Assembly: GCA_964035575.1 (NCBI GenBank)
Contig: OZ037833.1
Location: 2,046,001-2,110,000 of the forward strand
DNA: 64,000 nucleotides
Direction: 5' to 3'
DNA from: Rhynchopus sp. YZ270_cl-10
Lineage: Eukaryota
The notes beneath the pieces were generated by a model, which saw nothing but the letters and a program-made list of their open reading frames with translations, ran no database searches and was not told where the DNA came from. Positions within the stretch are counted from its first letter, which is position 1; the number at the start of each line of letters is the position of its first letter. The translations under genes and the position numbers were made by a program. Of this stretch, positions 10,096 to 21,143 are shown piece after piece.

Positions 10096-12579
10096 CTAAT
10101 GCCCTGATTTCTTATCCTTCGACGTAGACTCCACGACTTGCTGGAAGTATACGATTCTTTTTAAAAGAGTTGGGTCTTCCACACCGACGTGGAGCGTGGG
10201 GAGTAGCTCTTTGAGGGCAGTAAAGTGTTGCTTCTTTACGAGCCCTATCGCCCGGACAAAGGCTTTTTTGTCGGCTTCATATTTTTCATCCGCAGCCGCG
10301 ACTGCTGCAGCGACGGCGGCAGCAATGTGCGACATATGCAATTTGCCCTTTTTGGGCGCAGGCTTTTTCTCCTTCTCCTTCTCCTTCTCCTTCTCCTTCT
10401 CCTTCTCCTTCTCCTTCTCCTTTTCCTTTTCCTTTTCCTTCTCTTCACCCTCCTTCTCTTCCATCACCAACTCACAGAAGACCTTTAACGAGACCTCTCC
10501 TACCATCTTATTGTACAGCACCCCTGCAGGTCTTAATGCAAGCGACTCCTTCTGTAGGTCCTTCACCCGCAGCCGTCTTTGCGGGAGTGACGTGAGGATA
10601 GCCGCACCTACCTTCTCTGTAAGACACGCCAGCTTCAAGAGTTCTTGCACAGAGGGGCCGGCGAACAGCTTCGATTTGAAAGTTCCGGTGGAAATGATGC
10701 CTGATGAAAACTTCCCACCTGCCAAACTAATTGAGGGCACTGCATGGAGTTCTTCTAGATACCCTTTAATTTGGATCGCGCATTTCGATGCCTGAGCAGG
10801 GTCACCAAAAGCTGCAAGGACGTACATCGGGTTCACATCCAACACCCTTCCTCTATTGTCAAGAACCGACGAATTAAAACGCTCCAAAGCTGCCCCCAAG
10901 CGCGCCCCCGAGTCAACCTGAAACGTTTCATCTACAATATCACTGAAGAACGTTGCCTTGGCCTTCTTTGCTTTTTGGGTAGAAGTGAAGAATTTTTTGA
11001 GGGAAATGAGCATCATGGTGCTTGCGTCTGAGGCCAAACCGCTGTCAAATTCGAGGTAGAAGGGGGTGTTGCCTCTCAGTATGATCGAAGACATCAGACT
11101 GTCCCTCGGTGTAGCCGCAGAGGTGCTGGATAAAATCGACATCTGGGACGATATGCTGCCCGACTTCGACAGATCACTGCCACTCCCTGAGTCATCCACC
11201 ATGGACGGGGCTGTCTCGGCCATCGGCGGACTTAATTGCGTCTCCGTCACAGATTCTGATAATGCCGCTTTCTTAGTCGCAAACACCCAGGTCGGAACAA
11301 ATGGACGCAACTGCTGTACCGTCAACACCGCCATCTGCAGATGCTCCTCCACAGCAGAGACTGGCTGATCAGTGTCAAGCAGAGGCACGTCTTCGACAGA
11401 TTCTTCTGCAGCCTCAAGCAGTTCTGGAGGAGTTATAGTAAGTCCTTTGGGAGATACGGCACTTCCTTGAGGGGAGGTGAGGAGTCCTTTCGGAGATGCG
11501 GGCATCTCATCATAGGCGCTAGCTTTTGATGTTTTCCCCCAATTTTCAAGCTGACAGCAATACCGTTGGATAATCTTGCTGGTATCCCCTGCGTGGTCGA
11601 AATCTCTTCGAAGCGATGAATCTACATTCGCGAAGTCATTATGAAGAAGCAACCGTTGAAGCGCAAGAAGAAAGCACCCTGCAATGAGGTACGCGGCTAC
11701 TGCATAGCGGGCATGCTTTTCGGAACGTTTTACTTCGTCTGCGGTTGCGGATTCTACTCCGTCCACGGTTTCTAGCGCATATTCTGACAATCTATCAGTT
11801 ACATATCGTCCTAATACCACTTCAACGTGCTCTCCAGGAGAATCCGACTCAAATCCACCCATTAACTGCGCCACCTCTCGTAAGGTCACCCCCGCAGCTC
11901 CATCGATGTTTTGCACCATCCCAACAAACGACGCCATCTTCTCCTTCAACGCAGCTCTTTGCCCATCTGTAACGTACAACATCTCTAACGCAAGCGTTCG
12001 CGTTCTCTGCATAGAGTAAACTGTCAACATATACATACTCATATCCTCCGATCCTTCAAAGCGAGACGCCTGCGTATATTCCTTTACAGAAAGCTCGTTA
12101 AGATGAGTGACATGAGACGTGATTTCATCAAATAGTTCTGGAAATGAGGTAGGGTCCATGTCGTCGCGAAGGCGTTGAAGTGTTTCGGGGGGAAGAATGT
12201 AGTCTGGGGTGAGATGGAGCGCATTGGTCGTTTCCTCGCGCAGTTTGGAAAGCCGTGCATGGCAGTCATACGGTTCTACCTTTGCGGAGCAGGAGGTGGC
12301 CTCAAGCAGTTCTCCTGATAAAGTGTCGGCAAGATGTGCATACCGTATTGCCTTGAGTGTATGAGAATGTTCCGCCCCAAAGACCGGTCCGATAGCACGG
12401 CTTGCGCCACATAGCGTCACAATTGTTATAGCAAACCCCGTATAAATCCCCAGTAACACCCCAGTTCGGTGATAGATCTTGGTCCCTCGTTCAACCTTTT
12501 CTTCATGGTTCTCATGAGTAACATTTTCAGACAGTTCACATGAAAACAGTTCAGGCGCAACCGGGGTGTCTTCAGCCAT
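10096..12579 (-). CDS. Two-TM receptor-type protein with a degenerate class III nucleotide-cyclase-like domain and an EK repeat
   Basis: Two hydrophobic segments, LRPFVP linker, cyclase-like GRVLDVNPMYVLAAFG and ISLAGG..SGII...GPSVQELLKL with catalytic residues apparently replaced; (EK)n at about 10370-10445. Confidence 0.55.
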   Translation of the reverse strand: MAEDTPVAPELFSCELSENVTHENHEEKVERGTKIYHRTGVLLGIYTGFAITIVTLCGASRAIGPVFGAEHSHTLKAIRYAHLADTLSGELLEATSCSAKVEPYDCHARLSKLREETTNALHLTPDYILPPETLQRLRDDMDPTSFPELFDEITSHVTHLNELSVKEYTQASRFEGSEDMSMYMLTVYSMQRTRTLALEMLYVTDGQRAALKEKMASFVGMVQNIDGAAGVTLREVAQLMGGFESDSPGEHVEVVLGRYVTDRLSEYALETVDGVESATADEVKRSEKHARYAVAAYLIAGCFLLALQRLLLHNDFANVDSSLRRDFDHAGDTSKIIQRYCCQLENWGKTSKASAYDEMPASPKGLLTSPQGSAVSPKGLTITPPELLEAAEESVEDVPLLDTDQPVSAVEEHLQMAVLTVQQLRPFVPTWVFATKKAALSESVTETQLSPPMAETAPSMVDDSGSGSDLSKSGSISSQMSILSSTSAATPRDSLMSSIILRGNTPFYLEFDSGLASDASTMMLISLKKFFTSTQKAKKAKATFFSDIVDETFQVDSGARLGAALERFNSSVLDNRGRVLDVNPMYVLAAFGDPAQASKCAIQIKGYLEELHAVPSISLAGGKFSSGIISTGTFKSKLFAGPSVQELLKLACLTEKVGAAILTSLPQRRLRVKDLQKESLALRPAGVLYNKMVGEVSLKVFCELVMEEKEGEEKEKEKEKEKEKEKEKEKEKEKEKEKKPAPKKGKLHMSHIAAAVAAAVAAADEKYEADKKAFVRAIGLVKKQHFTALKELLPTLHVGVEDPTLLKRIVYFQQVVESTSKDKKSGH

Positions 12580-13098
12580 TATAAAGAGAAGGTTTTAAAA
12601 AGAGATTATAGGGGGAGGAATTCTACGCAACCATTGTTTTGTGTTTTGTTGTTTTAAGAAAAGATGTAGTGCTTCAATGTTGGGATCTCTCTGGGTGGTG
12701 TTTGTTTTTAGGGGCAGATGATAGGAGGGTGATAGGGAGGGCTAATGGGAGAAGGGAGAGAGAGATGCAGGAATCTTTCATTTTTCCATTCTGCAAAGCA
12801 AGGGGTGTGGCATCACAGTTTTTTAAATATGCGGAGAAATGGAGGAGGGTGGTGGGCAGGGCGCGCGCTAACTTTTCGGAAATTTCCCGAAAAAATGGAT
12901 ATCGGGTCCAAAAAAATGTACCTACAGGAAGTATGTGAAGGGGGGCAGAAAAATCAGGGTCATGTTACATTTCCGAGAAAATCCCGGGCTGTGGTGGGGG
13001 ATATACGGAAAAATGGACAAAATTTTGGTGACTTAAATTTTCACAAAATATGAACCCATACTCGTAAACAAGGGTCATTTTCAGGTCTTTCGGACAGC

Positions 13099-13468
13099 CA
13101 GTACACAGTACACAGTACACAGTACACAGTACACAGTACACAGTACACAGTACACAGTACACAGTACACAGTACACAGTACACAGTACACAGTACACAGT
13201 ACACAGTACACAGTACACAGTACACAGTACACAGTACACAGTACACAGTACACAGTACACAGTACACAGTACACAGTACACAGTACACAGTACACAGTAC
13301 ACAGTACACAGTACACAGTACACAGTACACAGTACACAGTACACAGTACACAGTACACAGTACACAGTACACAGTACACAGTACACAGTACACAGTACAC
13401 AGTACACAGTACACAGTACACAGTACACAGTACACAGTACACAGTACACAGTACACAGTACACAGTAC
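13099..13468. repeat. Perfect heptamer satellite (GTACACA)n, about 52 copies
   Basis: Directly visible. Confidence 0.97.
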
Positions 13469-13730
13469 CGTGACTTCACCGGCCAACACCGGAAAACACC
13501 GGCAAACATGGTCAAAATCAGGTGGAATATACATAAGTACATCATGGGGGGGTAGGGAACAGGTAGCGCCGCAGGCGCACGGTACCCAACTTTTTTCTTT
13601 TTTCTTTCCCCTTTTCTCTGCTTTCTTTTGATTGCGCGAGCCGATTGCTCTCCACGGTGGGGTCACATGTGTGTCCAAAAACTATCTGAAGTGCCCTTAC
13701 TGTACAACATGGGATTCTCTGATTTTCTTA

Positions 13731-14031
13731 CTGGGGGGGGGCGAATAAGAGATGTGGCATCTCTTATTAGGCGAACGGACGAGCCAAAAATAAAAAAAAT
13801 TTTTTTGGGGAAAAAAAGCAAATAGACATTTTCGCCGGAGGCAAAAAAAATTTTTTGACCACTTTTTTGCCAGACCGGGTAGACAGGGTAAAATTTCAAA
13901 ATGTTTTTTCAAGATAAAACCCTGGTGCGTGCAAAAAAAAAAAAAAAAAAATACCCCCAAAATCTCAACCTGATCTCTTATTCGGCTCTAATCTCTTATT
14001 CACCCCTGATCTCTTATTCGCCCCCCCCCAG
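13731..14031. mobile_element. TA-flanked (Tc1/mariner-like) MITE nested in the hAT MITE
   Basis: TIR ctg(g)ncgaataagagat / atctcttattcg(c)nag; TA on both sides; near-identical copy at 29159-29457; empty site in the 20057 hAT copy. Confidence 0.88.
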
Positions 14032-14491
14032 TAAGGAAATCGTGTAATCAAAAAAATTTTGTACCGCGAAAAAACCTCGAAAAAACCGGGTGTGAGGGTG
14101 TGGATTTAGCGCGCGCCCTGGTGGTGGGGGGGTGTAAAAATAAAATAAATAAACAGAGAAAGGTTTGGTAAGGATGAACCTAATCCACACATGGTTGGTC
14201 ACCTATAGCCACCTTAGAAGAAAAAAAAAACCCGAAGAAGCCTTGAGAGATGGGCCTCGCTTTGCACATTTAAAATAAAAAAAGAAAGAGGGTGCGGGAA
14301 GATATCAACTCTCGCGTGAAACGCGCAGTTCACCCTCTATTTTTTTCAACACAACTAGCACAACTATGTTTTTTTTCTAACTCTTTTGGGATATTAACAT
14401 TTTTCTCTCTGCGCGCGTTCTTTTCTTCAAAAATCGCACAATCAAATAGACTCGCGGGTATTATGACACAGTCCCAGGGGAGGGGGTGTTT

Positions 14492-15060
14492 CTACTTCTT
14501 CTGGTCCAAAAGCCTTTGTAAATATTGTCGGTGGAACTCAAGACGGGATGTCTTTGCGGCACCGGGGTCGGTGACGTTCACCCCTGGCTTCGCTGCGACG
14601 AATGCAAGCACCCATTTGTCGAGGAAGTCGCTGACTTTGTGTGTCTTCGTGTATCTGTTTGTGTGAGGAAGGTTAAGATACTATTTTCAATCGAAAGATG
14701 GAGTTTTATCCACCAGGTGAGGAAGGCTATTTATTTTATTTTTTTGGACACTCTGTGTTTGGCTTTAATAGCTGCCGTTCTGTCCTACCAGATTTTTTTA
14801 AAAACAAACACATACTTTGCGTCATCCACGCGAGCGTGTACGTGAGCTGCATATTGCGTGGCGGACTCAGGGTCCACAGTACCCTCCTGTTTCAACAGAT
14901 CGATGTACTCCAGGCAGTACGGGACCGGGTCTGGCGGCTGGTGTTTAAGCAGACGGCTTGCGATTCGTTCGTAGAACTCCACTGTCTCGCCCTGCCTCAG
15001 GTATTCCTTCGCCTGCTCCACGGCAGTTTCGTCTGCAAGCACTTCTGCGTCGGTTAACAT
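14492..15060 (-). CDS. Small protein with two RIIa/Dpy-30-like docking motifs; exons 14816-15060 and 14492-14654
   Basis: KEYLRQ...IASRLLKHQPPDPVPYC; a GTATG..CAG intron at 14655-14815 joins in frame to KYTKTHKVSDFLDKWVLAFVAAKP...QKK*. Confidence 0.65.
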
Positions 15061-15251
15061 TGTTTAATAGTGTTTTCCTTCAGTGGGGTGATTGGATTCA
15101 GCGAGCGAGACAAAAAAAAAAAAACAGAAAACGTTATTATTCCAAGGAAACTCTAATTCGCGGGAAAACAATATAAAAAAACGAAGATGAACTTCTGCGC
15201 CACCTCCATGCTCGAATACAATGTCTATAAATCGGCTCGGCCTTGGAACAA

Positions 15252-16616
15252 TCAGCGCAGTCTTCTCAACCTTCCTCGCAGAAACAGAGCAAACCCTAAC
15301 AGGACCAGCAGTACGACAAGCCTCCAACTTCCCTTTTTGCTGGCACCTTCCCCCCCGCTGCTATGTGGCCGCACGAATGACTCTAATTTTGCAGAAATCT
15401 GCGTCCACTTCCGCGCCAGTGGCTCCGTCAACACAATGTCCTTCCTTCTCTTCACCTCACGCTGCAATGCTTCCACGGCAAGGTGCTCATCCGACAGCTC
15501 ATGCTCCCTGATATCACCTTCATACTCAAACACCATATCACAAACACGACATTTAAACTGCCTCTTCTCATCCACCTTTACCCCCCGAATCACATCTAAA
15601 TACGCTGAAGACAGTCCCATATCATGCAGATAATACGGTGAAGTACAGAGATTTCTTCGTATAAGGTTTTTTGCTTTATATAAAAGATGTTGATGTAAAT
15701 TGGTGTGAATAAAGCGAAGAAGGTGGTCAACGGTGATGTGCGCAGCGGGGAGCGCATCTGAACGGACAAAGGTGCCCTGATCGCCACAGAGCGAGGTGTA
15801 TTCTATGAAAAGCAAAAGGGGTGTGCGGGATGGGGTGCCACAACGTTGGCCCCCTGAAGCTGCCATTCTGCTGCGAAGGGAGGAGACCCGTTTGTTTGGA
15901 TTGGTTTCTAGAGCAAATGCGATATTTGTGTCGCGTTTGCAGAGTTCCGCAGTGGTTGTAAAGCTTTCAACAGATTTCTCCTTCAATGCATCGTCTAGCA
16001 CTCCATCCAACAATAACACCACCATCGCCTTTCTCGATACCCGCATATTCCCGCACCGAGATTTCATCAAAAATGCGATTCCATCCTCCGACGCCTTCTC
16101 ATAACTCCCATTCACAGCGTTGTGCCGATACACCAAGCAATTTGTCTCGCACCTCACGCACCCCTCCTTCCCCACGATGCTTCCATAGAACAACGCAAAA
16201 AACCGCTGATGCGATTCATTTCCATTGCACAACCCCTCCAGCTGTGTACAATGCTGCGACGAGGCCTTCACCCAACGTCGTGCCGCCTTTTTGAAATGCG
16301 TTTTTAAGAGAACCTTTGCGGAAAATGTTTTTGCAGCATCTTTTACCCAACCAAGCTCGAAATGGACGTTGACATGCGAGTTGTCGTCGTTGTAGAAGAT
16401 TAGGTACGGTGCAGTGGTATTGCCAGGTGCAGTAAGAACGCCAGGAACTTCGCCATATGTGATCTGACGCGTTGTGGCCTTGGTGCGGCTGCTGTGGAAG
16501 GTGTCAGCCCAGCGCTTCCTCTCGAGACAGAGCTCCTCCTCCACAGTGTGGAGGCGTTCTAGGGAGCAAGTAGGTTCGTCAGTGACGGCTTCCGGCTTGG
16601 ATACATTACCTCCCAT
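15252..16616 (-). CDS. Hypothetical protein with MG N-terminus, one C2H2-like finger and C-terminal TM
   Basis: 454-aa ORF; FKCRVC...REHELSDEH; hydrophobic tail followed by basic residues. Confidence 0.65.
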   Translation of the reverse strand: MGGNVSKPEAVTDEPTCSLERLHTVEEELCLERKRWADTFHSSRTKATTRQITYGEVPGVLTAPGNTTAPYLIFYNDDNSHVNVHFELGWVKDAAKTFSAKVLLKTHFKKAARRWVKASSQHCTQLEGLCNGNESHQRFFALFYGSIVGKEGCVRCETNCLVYRHNAVNGSYEKASEDGIAFLMKSRCGNMRVSRKAMVVLLLDGVLDDALKEKSVESFTTTAELCKRDTNIAFALETNPNKRVSSLRSRMAASGGQRCGTPSRTPLLLFIEYTSLCGDQGTFVRSDALPAAHITVDHLLRFIHTNLHQHLLYKAKNLIRRNLCTSPYYLHDMGLSSAYLDVIRGVKVDEKRQFKCRVCDMVFEYEGDIREHELSDEHLAVEALQREVKRRKDIVLTEPLARKWTQISAKLESFVRPHSSGGEGASKKGSWRLVVLLVLLGFALFLRGRLRRLR

Positions 16617-16991
16617 CCCTGCAGTGAAGGGAAAGAGATAAAAAAGAGAGAAATAATTCAGATAAATCCTTCTAAAAGATAGAGTTGCCCATTAATATCT
16701 GAGAGGAAGATAACACCAAGTCTGTGTGTTAAGTCATCTGAGAGAGATGGAGAAGAGAACTGGAGACTCAAAAAGTGTGGCCCTTTTTTTTTGCGACTAT
16801 GCTAGCTTTTTTTGTGCAAAAAAAAAAAAAAAAAATCTTCCCTCTCTTTTGTTTTGGTATAAAAAAATAGTTGCAAAAAGTGAATCTAAAGGGTTTACCC
16901 AACAATCCACTATAATTGTCTTCGAAACAATGTGGTTGAAATTTTGCCGTTGAAACACACGTATTGCAAAATATGTGCCTTCAAAAAAAAA

Positions 16992-18263
16992 TCATTTCCG
17001 TTCACTGAGAGTTACCTCAGCGATAATGGGGTAATGATCAGAGGTTTCCTCGCCGTTGGGGTATTTTGGTATGGAACACGTGTGCACCTCGAGAGATGCT
17101 GTTTTGTCGTCACCGATTGCTTCTACGTAGAGAATATAGTCAAGACGCTCGCCTACTCCCCATGTGGCAAGAGAGTTTTGAGCTGAACAGTACGTGACAA
17201 GCTTGCTGTCAAAGAAGCCACTGTTTTCTTTGTGGATGTCGCAGATTGTGAGGTCATCCCGCCCACCTTGGTGACCTGCGTTAAGAATGGTTTTGTATAG
17301 CTCATGAGAGTAGTTGGAATCAATGTTGAAGTCTCCAGTCAAGAATATCCCGCACTGTGCCAAAGAAAAGCCAAATTTTGCGCTGAGGGATCGTGCATTG
17401 CGAGCAACGGCCTCGTGGAGTTGTTTGAGTTGCTTGCGTTGTGAGTTATTCTCGTTGGTAGGGTCAAGATGGGTGTTGCAACAAAGCAGGTATGGCGCAG
17501 TGGGAAACGCCACTGACACATCGAGCAGAACAAACGCAATCCCTTTCTGACTCTTTGTGTTCGAAAACTCGAATTTTTCCTGCGAAAAGTGAAGCAGTGG
17601 GTAGATAGACTTGGACCCCGCATAGAGCCCTCCGGTCTGCCTCATAAAATAGCTGACTGAATCAAGCAAAGTAAACCCAAAGCTTTTCTGCGTCTGCGGA
17701 TGCACATTCATATTGCTCTCAATCTCCTGCTGAAAGCCAGCCACAGAGCTCCCCCACATCTCCTGAAACAGAAGCACGTCGACCCGTTCAGAGACCACTG
17801 TCTTCCCTGCCTTCACAGCGCGCTCCCCTTGGCGGACACATGTCTTGTTGTCGTCATTGACAAGCCATCCTGGAATAAGATAAGCATTAAAGCTCATGAT
17901 CCTCAGCCGATCTTCGTTTCGTTGAGCAAGGAAGGTGTGGATGGTGATTCTCAGTGCTTTCTGTGTAGTCTCATCGTGACGCTTGGCGACGTCGAAGATG
18001 GACTCCCCCTTTGAGGTTTTCACAGCAATGTCAATGACAGAGTTCGCGACACACAGAATCTTCTCCATCGCCTTGAAGTCTGCAAACCACACAGCGTGGT
18101 GGAGCAGTGTAAACTCACGGCCCTCTGGGCGTTTGTTGATGAGATCCGACGACAGTGATGGAACATGCTCTTCAGAGAGTGCATCCCCCCATCTCCCCTG
18201 TTTTGCGTGATCTAGAATGGTATTTAATTGCGAAACAGACGCTGTGTCTTCGGATTGCAGCAT
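16992..18263 (-). CDS. Ankyrin-like repeat + EEP-family (sphingomyelinase-like) phosphodiesterase
   Basis: FTLLHHAVW; LRIMSFNAY, DVLLFQEMW, NTHLD, TGDFNID, RLDYI, SDHYPI. Confidence 0.85.
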   Translation of the reverse strand: MLQSEDTASVSQLNTILDHAKQGRWGDALSEEHVPSLSSDLINKRPEGREFTLLHHAVWFADFKAMEKILCVANSVIDIAVKTSKGESIFDVAKRHDETTQKALRITIHTFLAQRNEDRLRIMSFNAYLIPGWLVNDDNKTCVRQGERAVKAGKTVVSERVDVLLFQEMWGSSVAGFQQEIESNMNVHPQTQKSFGFTLLDSVSYFMRQTGGLYAGSKSIYPLLHFSQEKFEFSNTKSQKGIAFVLLDVSVAFPTAPYLLCCNTHLDPTNENNSQRKQLKQLHEAVARNARSLSAKFGFSLAQCGIFLTGDFNIDSNYSHELYKTILNAGHQGGRDDLTICDIHKENSGFFDSKLVTYCSAQNSLATWGVGERLDYILYVEAIGDDKTASLEVHTCSIPKYPNGEETSDHYPIIAEVTLSERK

Positions 18264-18333
18264 TTTTGTCTGCTTCTTTATGTGGTTTTGTGTATTCTGG
18301 AATGTGATTGGAGGAGGGAGAATAAGAGCCCCC

Positions 18334-18499
18334 AAGTGTTTGCACTTTGGGAGGTGCTTTGCCGGAAAATTATATAAGAATAGCATAAACGCCTCGCCGT
18401 ACAACCCAGCGGACGCAACACCGACAAATGAATCTGTGCAACATGAAAAACGCACAGGAGGGTTAGAGGATGAAACAACCACTCTCTCGCTCTCTATAC
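18334..18499. repeat. About 165-bp dispersed repeat at the duplication junction
   Basis: Homologous to 24568-24734. Confidence 0.8.
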
Positions 18500-18949
18500 G
18501 CATTAAAGCGCATGATCCTCATCCAATCTTCGTTTCGTTGAGCAAGGAAGGTGTGGATGGTGATTCTCAGTGCTTTCTGTGTAGTCTCATCGTGACGCTT
18601 GGCGACGTCGAAGATGGACTCCCCCTTTGAGGTTTTCACAGCAATGTCAATGACAGAGTTCGCGACACACAGAATCTTCTCTATCGCCTTGAAGTCTGCA
18701 AACCACACAGCGTGGTGGAGCAGTGTAAACTCACGGCCCTCTGGGCGTTTGTTGATGAGATCCGACGACAGTGATGGAATATGCTCTTCAGAGAGTGCAT
18801 CCCCCCATCTCCCCTGTTTTGCGTGATCTAGAATGGTATTTAACTGCGAAACAGACGCTGTGTCTTCGGATTGCAGCATTTTTGTCTGCTTCTTTATGTG
18901 GTTTTGTGTATCCTGGAATATGATTGGAGGAGGGAGAATAAGAGCCCCC
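18500..18949 (-). pseudogene. Truncated tandem duplicate of the 5' end of the EEP gene
   Basis: Near-identical to 17884-18333 (offset 616); frame ends just after RIMRFNAY. Confidence 0.8.
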
Positions 18950-19380
18950 CCTCGGTACCCTTTGGCGGAAAGAAACCCTGCAGTGTTAAAAAAAGAGGAG
19001 AAAAATAGAAAAATGAAATACCCCCCTTCTTTATTCGTTGCGCGTTGTTTGTGTTGATCACTAAGCCTCTACGCATAGTAATAATTTACTGCGGTGCCGC
19101 AGTGAATAGAGAATGAATACACATGGTCCCAAAAAAGAGGAAAATATTGGGGAATCAGAGGATTTATCTTTTTTTTTTGACAATCACCTACCCGAGTAGG
19201 GGATCGCGGTACTCAAATACCGCCCGAAGGCTATTTTTTTCTGGGAGAAAAAACAACAGGCCTGACACTCAGGGGGGGGAACGGCACCTCAATTGAGATG
19301 CAGGGTGTTGAGGTTACACATTGCTTTTTTTCTTCTCCCCATCCCTACCCCAGTTAAGGGAGGGCTGTGGGTGGCTATAT

Positions 19381-19615
19381 CGGAGTGAACCAGCTACTAG
19401 ATGGTTCGATGGGTCTTTCGCCCCTATACCCAGCTTGGACGAGCGATTTGCACGTCAACACCGCAACGGTCCTCCACCAGAGTTTTCCCTCGGCTTCGAC
19501 CTATCCAGGCATAGTCCGCCCCTATACCCAGCTTGGATAAGCGGTTTTGCCCTTCAACGCCGTAAGGGTGTTACACCAGAGTTCCCCCTCGGCTTCGACC
19601 TACTTAGGTATAGTT
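19381..19615 (-). pseudogene. LSU (28S-type) rRNA fragment plus a second, decayed partial tandem copy
   Basis: Reverse complement reads ...GACGTGCAAATCG...GGGTATAGGGGCGAAAGAC..ATCGAACCATCTAGTAGCTGGTTC, a conserved eukaryotic LSU segment; 19518-19615 repeats part of it. Confidence 0.85.
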
Positions 19616-20056
19616 GCCTCCACATTACGTTTTTTGAAGTATAAAAAATGAAAGTAAAAAAAGGGAAAGTTGTAAATGCAAACACCGTGAAGACGCATAC
19701 ACCGGGATAGCAAATACTAGGGAAAATAGTAGGATCGGGTATAAGTAAAGTTGTTTTTTTTTTCCGTTGATGTGCAATCCTCCTGTTTGCGGGATGATTT
19801 GGCGACCGTATCGGTAAATACTATTTCTCCTTTAAAGCAAAGCTTCGTAGGAATAAATGAATAAAAAAATGCACAGCGCCCCAAGGTTGCATCCCATCAA
19901 AATTCCCCTCCATAGTTGTCGAACCACAGAGGGATCACTTTAAGAAAAAAAATCGTGCGAAAAAAAAAAAAGGTGGGAAAAAAAGGATATAAAATGAGGA
20001 AGACTTCGGCATGTGTGAGTGTTTGGACACAAAAAAAAAAGTTACAAGAGCCCCGA

Positions 20057-20929
20057 CAGAGCTCGCGCTAAAGTCCATCCCTCATCCCGGGATTTTTGGG
20101 GGTTTTGGTAGGAACGTTTTTTTTTTGCAGTACGGGGATTTCATTAAGAAACCAGAAGTTCTAATATTGTTGAGTAAGACCACCACATAGTGGACTTGCA
20201 TATACATGTGACCCCGCCGTGGAACGCAATTGGCTCGGAAAGTCAAAAGAAAGAGGAGAAAAAAGAAAAGGAAAAAAAAAAAAGTTGGTTACCGTGCGCC
20301 TGCGGCGCTGCCTGTTCCCTTCCAGTTTCTACAGGCAAACACTTGCCCCCTTTACCTTACACTTACGGGTTTTGACCAAAACCAAGAACTTGTCCATTTC
20401 GGCAAATTGACCCCACCACAGAACGGACGAATTCCGGAAATGCAAATGCCGGTGTTTTCGCGCATTTTCATGTTGCAAGACGTCAGGATCAGGGAGAGAA
20501 AATCTGGTTGTGGGATTTACATTGGCCCTCTTTACCCTACATGGATTTTGACCAAAACCAAAAAATTGGCCATTTCGGCAAAGTGACCCCACCACAGCGC
20601 GGACGGATTCCGGAAATTCCAATCGCGGTATGTTTTGAGGCTGAAAACCCACTGATTTTCAGGAGAAAAATTGCTTCCAAATCTCGGAATTTTCCGAATT
20701 TTCCTGAAAATGACCCTTGTTTACGAGTATGGGTTCATATTTTGCGAAAATTTAAGTCACTAAAATTTTGTCCATTTTTCCGTATATACCCCACCACAAG
20801 CCGGGATTGGCCCGGAAATGCCACAAAACGGGGTTTCCGGGCCTCCCCAGCTAACCTTTTCAAGGAACGTTTTTCCGTACCCGAAATCCATTTTTCCCCC
20901 ATTTTTTCCCATAATTAGCGCGACCACTG
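20057..20929. mobile_element. hAT-like MITE, inverted relative of 12857-14120
   Basis: Imperfect TIR cagagctcgcgctaa / ttagcgcgaccactg; 8-bp TSD agccccga; internal homology to 12860-13085 and 13550-13730. Confidence 0.88.
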
Positions 20930-21143
20930 AGCCCCGACAAAAAAAAAACCCTGTTAGCAGCTAGCAGTAAACAGGTCTTTTTTTGAAGTGCTTTTTTGGG
21001 GGGGATCTTTGTTTGAAGAACGTACATGATGACAGACACACACAAACAAACACTACCAACACATGAGGATTAAACAAAGCCACCAAAAAAAAAAAAAATA
21101 GAAGTTGAAAGTACAAACGCAGCAAAAAACCTCCTCCCCCTTT

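Larger units (their letters stand above)
12857..14120. mobile_element. Non-autonomous hAT-like DNA transposon (MITE)
   Basis: Perfect 15-bp TIR cagggcgcgcgctaa / ttagcgcgcgccctg; 8-bp TSD gtggtggg on both sides; related inverted copy at 20057-20929. Confidence 0.9.

Noticed and set aside
12965..13678. Cys-rich ORFs (VYCVLCT)n
   Set aside because: Translation artefacts of the heptamer satellite in all three frames
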